A stretch of DNA of 64,000 nucleotides from NCBI GenBank assembly GCA_002633005.1, contig NMRA01000611.1, positions 156,674 to 220,673 of the forward strand. Reading direction: 5' to 3'. This stretch comes from Phoronis australis (taxonomy: Eukaryota; Animalia; Phoronida). A model generated the notes under the pieces. That model searched no databases. It saw nothing but the letters and a program-made list of their open reading frames with translations, and was not told the DNA's origin. Made by a program: the position numbers and the translations under genes. This document shows positions 15,101 through 27,100 of this stretch, piece by piece; position 1 is the first letter of the stretch, and each line of letters starts with the position of its first letter.

Positions 15101-18100
15101 TTAACACAGTGAAATCTGATATAGGTGAATTGAAGCTGGAGCTTAGCCAATTGTTTTTGTAGTGATGTATCTGTTTTTTGTGCGTCCTTATGTAAATAAT
15201 TTTGCAGGTGCATATCGCTGTCATATGTCTGGGCATCCGCTGCAGTATTTCTTAACCACCTTCTAGGATCTTTGTATGATTTGGCAGATACGTTGCAGTG
15301 AAGCTGAAGACAGATGATGACAAGTTTTGGACTGGTTTGCTGTACTCTCTAGTGGAAAATTCAGTTATCTGCATTTGCCTCAGTCTGTATTTTAAGATTC
15401 TTGACGAATTTTCATGAAATTTGACAAATAGGTTGCTATTAAGGAGTCAATGATACTATCGCATTTGCGGTTGGATCCAAAATGGCTTTCACCACCTAGT
15501 GTCCATTTTTGTTTATTTTCAAGTCTGCTTTTTGGTGTCCGCCTCTTTATCCACTGAACTGCTCGAAGGATCATTTTGTGAAAATTGGCAGATGTGCCCT
15601 ACTGAGAAGAGCACAACTTTCGTAAGTTTTCTAGTTTTCGGGGGGGCTCCAGTTACTACAGTGCCCCTATTGTCATTTTTGTTTTGTTTTAGTTTATGAA
15701 TGTATCTCCTATCTCCCTTGCATGATCTTTGTAGTCTGAGTGTATTCCAATGGCTGGGCAACAGATTACAACAATTGTGAATTTATGAGACAACCAATGT
15801 TTCCCCTGTAAGTGGCTTGAAAAGTTTTTATAATTTTTTTAACATTGTGATGCTTCTTTCTCTTCCGAGGCTCTGCTATTGAAGGCTGACCATGTTTTCT
15901 GTCATTACTGCCAGTATCCAGCTCGATAAGCAGTGCAGCGAGCTTAGCAGGAAACAGAGGCTGGATCAGACTAAGTTCCCTTCTGGCTCATTTTGAGTTG
16001 GTTTCATTTCCTACAATACGCCAACCACGCATTAACAACCATCATCCTGATAGTATGACAAAATATGTACATAAACCAATGTTTGGCTTTCATTTTATAC
16101 GCGCGTTTTGATACAATATAATCTTTCAAATCTTCTCCACCCATGTGCTCATTATGGTCGCCGCCCTCTGGACATTGACATGGCCGAGCTTTAACTTTTT
16201 AAAACAACTCACTGTGTATTTGTTGGTGCTATCCCGCTAACCGTTGAGAGTGTGGTGATTGCTCTGGTGTCATACCTGACGGCAGCAATATTAGACTTAG
16301 TTTCAATGCTTTGATTCATGGTCCTGCTATCCACCTTCTTCATGTACCGTCTCGTCCTAAAGATGAGTCGCAGCTACTAGATTAAGGTGCACTGTACCGG
16401 TGCAACGAATTCCCATTTCCTTTAACTTGACGATGAGGGGAATCCCAGTGAAGAAGTCATCAGCTGGCACTTCATAATTTAGGGGAGGCTGACCAGCTAC
16501 ACTGGGGAGAAGAGTTTCACAAAATCACAGGACAATGTCCGCTCCCACGCCAAGGGGACTTTTGTCTTGTGTGGCCTTGTTGCCCTGGTATACTTGGAAG
16601 TCGTAGACAGTGCCTGTTGGCCCAGCTCTGGTCCACACTATTCCCCTGGTGTTCTGTTTACTCTTCTCACAGTCATATTGTTTTATTTTGCTGAACTTGT
16701 CATCTCATCAGTTGTATCAAGCAGACAGGAAATAGGTTTTGATAAAATATTAAGCATGTAATGGAAAATGGCATGAGAATGATCCTAGGTGTTGCGTCCG
16801 ATATAATCTCTTCAGATGTGAGACATTTCACAAGCATTACCGGTGTAACATCGGGACTTTATAAGGATGTTAAACTGTGGTAACTGGCGTAACATCTTTT
16901 GAAACTTAGTTATTACTTGTGTGCATATTTTGCTTTCAGGTTTAATTGCACGGGCGAACTAAACTATAGGACTTTCTGCATTTGTTAGCTGCTATAATTG
17001 TCATTAGCAGTTGATGTCGTTTAAAGTAAAACAGTATACTTGATATATTCTGCACTACCTATTAGTCATTATTTAAATAAATGTTTTTAAGTACGTTTTT
17101 CGGCATCAGCCTTTCTATCAACCAAACTGATGGAAATACATTATAAAAATTGGCAGATGTGTTCTTGATAGAAAGGCTGTGACTGACTTTGATTTTTTGG
17201 ACGAATTCGAAAACTCTGACACTGCCGAGTTGCAATTTTTTGTGTCTGTGAGCAGCCATATCTCCATACCTTTTTGAAGGATCTTTGTAAAATGTTGCAC
17301 ATATGTGCCTAGTATGGAGTTTATAACAGAAGGCAGTTAGTTTCTGGTCAAGCTGAGTACCACTGTTTTCTCTAGGGGAAATTATACTTTTCAGTGCTTG
17401 TCCTGTATCTTTGAAGTTCATAGATGGATCTTAGTGAAACTTGGCAAATTAGTTTTGATTAAGGAAACGGCGATGGTTTTCCATTTGTGGATGGATTCGA
17501 CGTATTATACATTATGTTGTGGCTATTTCTATTATTCTGAGAATGTTTTTTTTTTGTCCGCCTCTGTATCCACTAAACTGCTCAAATGATGAGAAGACCA
17601 TGATTTTCAAATGGTCAGACAACTGTGGCTCCCCACAACTTTTGGAGGGCTGACAACTTGTGCCACCTAGTGGCAATTTTACTGTATCTGTTTCCTGTTG
17701 GCGTTTCATGAAATTTCTATTATGAAAATGGCAACAACTTTTAATCCATTTCAGAATCTATCGACTGTGGTACTTATTGGTCATTTGTATTATTTTTTGG
17801 ATAGTCTTGTTTTTTGTCATCTGCCTCTGCATCCGTCAAATGGCTCAGAGAATCATGAACATTAGCAGATATGTTCCTACTGACAAGAGCACGGCTGACA
17901 AGGACTTTCGAAGTGATCTAACTACTGTCAGTGGTGCCCCCCAAGCTGCATTTTTGGGATATGTGGCTGTATCTCCTAAAAACCTTTCAAGATCTATTGG
18001 AAATTTGGCTAGTGTTCCAATAAACTTGACAACAAATGGACAGGCTGATTGCCATTGTGCCTTCTGATAGCAGTTTTGTTTGTATGTTTGACTCTGTGTC

Positions 18101-21100
18101 TTTGGAGTTCTTGGCGGATTTTCATGAAATTTGGCATAAAGTTTTCGCCGAGTAAGACACCGATGCCTTCTCATTTTTTAACAGGTTTTATATATTTTGT
18201 GCCATGTAATGGCCATTTTTATGATAACCCCCCCCNNNNNNNNNNNNNNNNNNNNNNNNNNNNNNNNNNNNNNNNNNNNNNNNNNNNNNNNNNNNNNNNN
18301 NNNNNNNNNNNNNNNNNNNNNNNNNNNNNNNNNNNNNNNNNNNNNNNNNNNNNNNNNNNNNNNNNNNNNNNNTAAACATACCATGTTGCTGTCATGAGAT
18401 CATTTCAGTGCTATGCTTTTGTGTAATCAATTAGTTCACATGAGCATGCTGCAACTTTTCAAGGAAATCTGACAGTTTGTCCTTGCAATATGCAACCACA
18501 CTGTAGAATGAGAAATAGGCATGGATTGACTGATCAGCTGGTAGTATTACAACTGATAAGTTTGACAGTGGTAAACCAATGTTTACATAGTCCAGCTCTC
18601 TTATTGTCTGTTTTCATCTCATAAGCTCAGGTAATCCAGCAATCATGTTGTAAACAACAAGCCTGAGGCTAAATACTATTTGCAAAGGACTTTCAACAAA
18701 TATCCTGAAGCAGATGTGTTTTGTATGAAATACTTTCACCAAAAATGGAGAAAAACTGTTGACTTTCAGAGAAATTAGACTTAACTTTCACCTGTTAATT
18801 CCTTTGTGTGACTATAAGCTGGGTCCTGCTTAACCACAGTATTGTGCACCAACACAAAATGCTTGCTTGACAAGTTATAATTATTGAAGTGTGATTCTAA
18901 ATTAGATCGTGATAGTGGAAATCTCTTGATTTTTACACTCCAGTGGAATGGTACAGGCTAATGGGCCTTTGTCTTGTGAGTTATGGATGTCTCTGGCTTC
19001 AGAATAACACATCTTTACTCAAAAGGGATTTAATGCAAAATGATATAAACTTAAACTGAATTGACTTAGGATTCGCTTCCCACTTATTATTATTCTTAAA
19101 TTTGAAGTGATGGCTTATAGAACACGGCATTTCGCGTTGACACACTTGATTACTTGCGGCCATGTTGTCTTTGTCTAAGACTGTGTCTCATGATCCAGTT
19201 AGCGAAGATGAGGTCATTTTAGCGACTGGTTAGTTAATCTGTGGCACTTGTTGTCTTTAACAAACATGGATTGAACATAGTTGTTGTTTTCTGTCCACTT
19301 GCTCTATAAAGGTCCTTTCATACTAACTCTGGTATGAGGGGAGTGTCAATGTAAACTACAAATTTGTTCGTCCATTCATACCGGCTGTGGTAGTTCATCG
19401 AAGTAAACGGTAAGTGATGCTGTTGTCATCGAAGTAATCACGTTAGATTTTGCGCCTGCTGATAACATCAATGAAACTGAGGTTGACTATTGATATTGTA
19501 CCCAAACATTGATGCCTCGCAGCTTTATCCACCTGTTCTGTGTGAAGTTGGTGTTGTTAACTTCAAACCAGGACCAAAATTAAGTGTTCATACTTATTCT
19601 AATTCCCAAAACATCACTGTGTCTACTTTAGTGTGAAAGAGCCTTCAGACTCGGTACCCGGAATAAAGTAACCTTGTCTGGTAACATCAGCAAACAAGTT
19701 CCCAGAATTGGTCACTAGAAAGGAATGGTGTAACGAACTAACACTACAGCTATCAATTTGATAATTCCCCAGCAGTCAGCTTTGTTCTGCATATGGGATA
19801 TGCCTGATGAACTAGATATTCTAGCGCAAAACACTCTTTGCCAGTCCTGCATCGTCATGTTTACTCCTGGTGGCCCTCGTGGGCAGTCAAGTCCGTCTTT
19901 GCCTGGAGGCCCTTGTGTACCGTTAAGTCCGTCTTTGCCTGGAAGACCTGGTAGACCTTCAAGTCCAACTGGGCCAGGGAGACCTTGTGGACCAGGAAAC
20001 CCTGGAGATCCTGAGGGGCCTTGAGGACACTGACAAGGATGTGTTTCACCTCCACTGGAGTTACTGGCAGCACGCCTTTGGCGGGACATTGTAGTTTGGT
20101 TTGCTTCCAATTCCTTTTCAGTAAATGCTCTGATTAGCCATTCGATTTCCCTCTCTATCAGAGAGAGACGGATCTTCAGTTGGTTTTCATTTTGTTTGAA
20201 CTTGAACAGTTGATCGTTTACAGTTATTAAAAGTTTGTTATCTTTGAGCTGGTCCTGAAAGCCATCATTTGTGATGGGTATTTTGTCCTTCAAGTGTTGT
20301 ACCTCAAAGACAACGTAAATGGCCAGTCCAAAACTGACCACGGCTAACAGCAAGACCAGAGCCAGAATGACCATCATGTACACCATGTGATGTCTGCCAT
20401 GTTTGACTTCAGTCCTTGGTTCTTTCATGTTGAATCTCAGTGCTGTGCTTCACATACAACGGTCACTTGTTGACTAAAAGTTAGAGCAATTGTCCTGTAT
20501 TAAATGATTAAATTCAGATCTGCTAATGTCTACCCATTCATCAAAATAATGCACTTCCATTATTGTTCAATTTTGCGAATTGCTTTTACCGGTAATATGC
20601 TGGTTTAATTAAAAACTCATCTGACAAATGGCGATGTCATTACTCACTTACATTATTTTATTTCCCAGTTGGCTTGTTCAACTTTTAGGATGTCAGTCTC
20701 TAATTAGAATTGATTGGTAAAATAATAATACTTCAAATCTACAGCAAGAATTTGTTGATTTTTTGGGAAAATTTAGTGAGTTAAGGCTGTGAAAACAGCA
20801 ATTAGTGACTCTGGATGAAACTTAGCCAAGGTCAACAACAGTACAGAGTGGTGATTAATGAATTGGGCAATTTTTGTTTCATTGCTCACTGTTACAAGTT
20901 TTTTATGTGCCCACATCTACATTATGTGGGTGCATATTGTTGTCATCTTTCTGGGTGTGTGGCTTGGTAAGATTTGGCAGATGTGCAGCTGTTAACCTGG
21001 CAACGGATGACAACACGTTTTGGACCTATCTAAATAGTCTGCTGCTGTGGCCCCTAGGAGCATGTTTAGCTGTTTTCATTTGGGTCTGTTTCCACTAAGG

Positions 21101-24100
21101 TCGTTGTCAAATTCCCATAAAATTCGTTTAATAGGTTGTTATTAAGGAACTGATGGCACCATCCCGTTTTTGGACAAATGTAATGTATTTTGGCCGTGTT
21201 TACTGTTTTCAAGTCTACTTCTTTGTGTCTGCTTCTCTATCTACTAAACCAGTTGAAGGATCATTATCAAGGCTTACACATTTTATAATGTACTTACCTG
21301 GATTTTCAAAGGGCTCTAATTATTGTTTCGCCCCTATTGTCAATTTTGTTTTTTATCTATGGCAGTATTCCAATACGGGATCTCAATTATTTTGCAGTGA
21401 ATTTGCAATGCATGTCAACAGCTTGTGGACTAATCCAAATTACCGCCGTCTCCCCTGGTGACATTTTTGGTTCCCTCTACCAAGATCCTTCACAGATTAT
21501 TCATGAAATAGGCTCTCTTCTGAGATGCCAGCAACACTTGCTCAATTCAAAGGGTTTGTCGCCACCTATTGGCCGTTTTCATTATTTTTAGTCTGTTTTT
21601 GGTGTCCACCTCTTTTCTATCTACTGCATGGCCTGAAGGATCATTTTAAAGTTTCTTATCAAGAAGAGCACAGCTAATGTTAGTTTGGGATGAGTCCGGT
21701 CACTTTGGTGCCTTCCCTCCTACCGCCAGGGTACTTTTGTTATTTGTCTTGGGGGTCAATATATACCAAGTTCGATACTTGTTCATAATCTTGAATTTCT
21801 TGCAAGATTGTTAAGATGTTCTTGAAGTTTATGCGTCTTGTTTGGTCTGTCACAACTTCTGGTGCATTCTGAGCTTTGAACTGTCCCCATCTTGCAATAC
21901 AATTAATGGCTTTTCTAGAAGTGTGGTGTCTGGTGCTGGTGGGGAATATTGCACCGCTCTTGTGACCTAGAATTTCTGATTCATCCACAAGGTCAGTTGT
22001 AACAACTTTTGATTTTTAAATTATTTATTTCTCGTCTTCAATTAAAAAAATCAGCGTTACAGCATAAAAATGAAATAAAGTCAAAAGTCCAAGATCTTGA
22101 AGTAAATGTTTTCCCAAGTTCACGATCTCTTAGTGGCATGACTAGATATTGTTCCCAATTTGTGAAAAAGTGCTTTGGATAACGATCATATTTATGGCAT
22201 GTAGTTTGGCCCTGTGTACGGTTATCTTTACTTTCAATCAAAGTTTCACATAGACTATGGTTTTGTAACCATTTTAATGCAACAATCAAAGCATTACAGC
22301 CTTTGGAACATCAAAGCTGACACTTGAATTGTTTTTTGAAAAAGTATCCTAGAACCTAATCATTTTCATTGTTGTTAGTGAGTATCAATTGCTACAATAT
22401 CTTCGAAACAACAAGCTAACTAAAGTACTTATAAAAAACTTGACTTCGTTTTTGTTTTTTTCGCAACTGTCCTTTTGGCAAGTGGAATGATCTGTAGATC
22501 AAGTCAAATAATTGAACCTGGTTTCAAGCTATAGAGAACTATTAAAACCCTTAACCATCTTCTAATGGGAACCAGTGACAAACACGTTATGATAAGTGGA
22601 CTATAGGAGAAGCAAGATTTTGAGAAGTGGCAGTGTTATGTAGCATGGCACTAATCATTTTCATAACCTGGTACTAAAAATCCTTTAAAAGGGAATGTCA
22701 TTGAGTAATTTTGGTAATAACATTTCTCATAGATTAACAAAATGCATTTATTATTAATTTTAATAAAATTGATGTTATTTCTCATTTTTGCCTTGAATTT
22801 CATGTTGATATTAAACTGGATTTAGTGACTCTCAGCTTACTTCGTACAAATAACACAGGTCAATTCCCGTCCATCCACATAGTTGGGACAAGGTAATGAT
22901 CCACATTTGGCTTCAACATTGTAGAACAGTGCTCCATTCTGGTTGGGGCTGCCTCCTGGGATCACCTCTGGGGCTTCATCTACACAGGTGAATGATGACC
23001 GGTGATGACTATAGCGCTCCGCCATTAGGTATCCACTGTACTCTTTGGTCCAGGTGGCAGGACAGTCTCTCCAGGCTGGAATCATGAGTTGAGAGGCTCT
23101 TGATGGGGTGTAGCATACAGCACAGGGGACATCATGATCATTAATGCCTGCATCATTGGCATTTTTCCTGGAAAAGACTTTATTAGATTTCTCTTCATAC
23201 TCACTCCCATATATGTAAGAATTACTCTGGAAGCCATCTTGATATAGCCCCCACTGTGGTTTGTGGGGAAGACAAAGCTTCTCACTTCCACCCCCACTGT
23301 GACTATAAGAAGAACCTGCTGCAATCCCGTCATACAACAGTGTGGATGTATCTGGACATGTTGTGCGTCCCCACCGTATGTACACAGCTCCACTTGTTGT
23401 CCCATTCAGGTACTTAACTTCAGACTTAATCTTCAGTGCTGACAGTGTGGTCTCTTGGAATGTACTTAGCACTTTCTTCAATTCCTCTGCATTAATCCCA
23501 TCGGTACCTGGGGGGCCACGTTCACCGTCACGCCCATCTCGTCCTGGAGGTCCTTGAAGACACTGAGTCTGTGTCACCTCTCCTGTGGTAGGGTCATCTG
23601 CTGCACGCCTTTGTCGGGAAATTAACGTTTGATTCAGTTTGGTGTTGGTTTTGATAGGAGTACTGTTTATGTCGTAGTCATGTCTACTTAATATCATTGC
23701 ATGCATCATTCTAAAACGGCGTTCAGTTTTCATTTCTGTCAGAGAAAGGCCTACCTTTAGGCGATTGTTCTCTTGCTTGAGTTTTGTTAGTTGAGAATAC
23801 AGATCAGTTGTCTGAATTTCAGCCTGTTCATCCTCTTTGAGCCAGCTCTGGAAACCATTCTTGGAGGCTGTTCTGTCTTGCAGTTGTTGTACTTCTGAGA
23901 GAATATAGATGGCCAGTCCAAAACTGACCACGGCTAACAGCACGAACATAGCCATAACGACTATCACTGGTGCATTGTAATGTGTTCCACGCTTGACTTC
24001 AGTTTCTGATTCTTTCATATTGATTGTTTTAACTTAGCAAAAGTGCACACTATTTGTTGGTATCGTGGACTGAACATTGAAACATGAAATGCGAATTTAT

Positions 24101-27100
24101 AAACAAATTCCATGTTTCATAAGCCTGTGTGTCATGTTCACTTTCTCATGCCATCCTAATGGGACTTTCCAGATGTATGATACTAAGTTTGTTTAGACAC
24201 AGTTATCATATTTATCCTATAAATTATGTAATAATTAGGATAAGTGCCGTGTAGCATTTTTGTGCTGTTCCGTTGTGTTGGGAGTTTCTTTTAAGAAATT
24301 TGAATCCTTTGTGTTTCAAATTGTAAAAATTTGAATAACACATTGACAAGAGTATCAAATTTTTGCTCTTGCAAAACAGCAGTTTTGCCTTGATAACAAC
24401 ATACCTGAAGTTGCCTTGGAGAAGATCAAAATATTTCATTAAACGATGAGTCACTCATGAGCTACTAGCATTTCAAAGGTTCTTTGGCAAGGTGCTCTAT
24501 TCCTCAATGTTTCAAAAGTGTTTGATATTCGAGATCTGTACTTAACCCAACATGACAAAGCATTCTGTCCAAATGAGCGAATGTCTTAAGTATGGGTCCA
24601 GCTATTTCGAATCTTTAGGGGGTAATAAAACAATTGTCTTCTCAGCCGGAAGCATAAAACTTTTGTTAAGCTGTCTTAAGTCAACTGGGACAGTTGTATA
24701 ACGAAGAGCAGGGTTCACAAAGAACTACTTTAACTGACCTGGCAAGACAAGTATTACTGCCCTGATTGACCTCATGCAGGCTCACTTGTGGTATTTACCC
24801 TCAATTTTGTACATACCCCTGCTATTTATCCCTGTAGTGTTCACTGCTATCGTGATATGACATTTGAGTATATTTCACTATTCTTAAGACATCAGTCATT
24901 GTGTTGCACATCGAGTAAAAATGCTGTCAGTAAGAAATTTTACAAGCTGGATGTATATTGTTATATAGTTATGTTCTGTATCAATCTTGATTTGTATGGC
25001 ATAGCTCTGCTAGATCTCTGTATTACTGCCTCACTTATTGAAAAAATAATTATGAGTATGGCAATGAGTTTGTCAATTAAAATCGGTCTGTATCCTTGGT
25101 TATTTTGTGCACACTACACAGGTCAGCTCCCGTCCATCCACATAGTTAGGACATGGTAATGATCCACATTTGGCCTCAACGTGGTAGAATAGTGCTCCAT
25201 TCTGGTTGGTACTGCCTCCTGGAACCACCTCTGGGGCTTCATCCACACAGTTGAATGATGACCGGTGATGACTGTAGTGCTCTGCCATTAGGTATCCACT
25301 GTACTCTTTGGTCCAAGTGGCAGGACATTCTCTCCAGGCTGGAATCATGAGTTGAGAGGCTCTCGATGGGGTGTAGCATACAGCACAGGGGACGTCATGT
25401 TGCCACAAATTTGCGTCATTGGCATTTTTCTTTGCAAATACTTTGGCACCATTGATTTCATATTCAGCACCGTATATGTATGACTGACTCTGGAAGCCAT
25501 CTTGGTATTTCCCCCATTGTGGATCATGGGGGAGACAAAGCTTTTCACTTCCCCCTCCGCTTTGACCATGATCAGAACCAGCTGCAACCCCCTTATACAG
25601 CAGTTTAGACATTTGAGGACACGTTGTTCGTCCCCACCGTGTGTACACAGCTCCACTTTCAGTCCCATTGTGGTACTTCACATCTGTCTTAGTCTTCTGT
25701 GCTTGCAGCATGGACTCCTGGAATGTGCTCAGTACTTTCTGCAGGTCATCTGTAGTTATACCGTTAACACCAGGTGGTCCTGGTTGACCGTCACGCCCGT
25801 CTCTGCCATCTCTTCCAGGAGGTCCTTGAATACACTGTGAATTGAACCCCTCTCCTGTAGTGGGGTCATTGGCAGCCCGCCTTTGTCTGAAAAATGGTGT
25901 TGTTTGGTTCAATCCAGTGTCAACATGGTGAGGAGTGATCGTGGTAGGAACTTGACCAGATTTGCTAGATAGGATAGCCCGCATGAATCTAAGCTGTCGT
26001 TCGGTTTTCATCTCGGTCTGGAAGACGTAAGCCTTGAGTCGGTTGTGTTCTCGTTTTAGGTTCAAAAGGTCAGTGTATATGGTTATTTTGAACTCCGCCA
26101 GTTCAGTTTTTCTAACCCAGTCATGAAACCCATCATTGTGGGTGGTGGTTGTGCTTTCCTGCCGATGTTGTACATCTAAGGCAATATAGATGGCCAGTCC
26201 GAAACTGATGGAGGCAAACAGCAGTGAGACTAGTGATAGAATCACCGCAGCTGGTGCTTGTCTGCCATCTTTGACTTCAGTGTCTTTTTCTTTCATCTTG
26301 ACTCACAATGGTGTGCTGTTCAACACAAGACAGTAGTCAACTGTTGTCTGACTGGAGGCTGATTTGTGATCTGAGAATATACTGAGACCTAATATCTTTC
26401 TTCAGCAGATGCACCTCTTATATTTTTCAAGTTAGTTCCTCTAGACTTTATACGTTTATCAAGGGACCTACTTACCTTTGACCAAGCGAATCTCAAAATT
26501 TGTTGATAAAATAGACTTGTCATATTTATTTTAGTTCATATCTAACTTAGAGCTGAGCTGTTCCATGGTTTGCTTGAAAGGCAAACTCCAAACTGATAGA
26601 TTGGAAAATTCGGTGTTATTATAAGTAACGGCTTGTTTCAGCTGCAGTTGAATATAGGAAGTAACTGTGTGCAAGATGTTTATTCAGGATAAACTCTATT
26701 TAGTTATACGACTGGTCTCGCATAGAATCCTGATAAGAAATAAAACATTAAAAGTCTAGAATGAAGAAAAAGGAACAATTATTGCGTTAACAAGCAATTT
26801 AACTTAAATGAGTAAAAGACCATATAATTAAAATATTAAAGTTATTGACTATTATTCCAGTAACTGGATTTGATGAAATATGAAATAGAGTTACTTTGAC
26901 GTAGGTCAGTATCGAGATTACAAGGCACCAGAGTGTTTACCAAAACTAATTCTGTTTTTTTTACTTTAGATTTTGCCACGATCACTAGACCTATTATTTT
27001 TGTTGCGAGTTTGGTTCACTAATTTTATTTTGTTGCATAAGGTACTCCATGTGCAACAGCGTGGAGACACTGCATTGTGTGTTTGGAACCTCAGTGAAGC

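Noticed and set aside
13862-20428. Headless copies as simple truncated pseudogenes
   Set aside because: Both ORFs are intact, have extended collagen runs and share an in-frame novel tail; pseudogene status not excluded but less parsimonious.
21740-21988. 82-aa minus-strand ORF that looks protein-like
   Set aside because: No recognisable motif, no clear splice context; possibly a transposon scrap but unsupported.
23082-23557. Alternative-frame and antisense ORFs over the collagen-like genes (also 14051, 19758, 25345, 25502, 28744, 60321, 60349, 63158)
   Set aside because: Shadows of the real ORFs; they recur only because the genes are paralogous.
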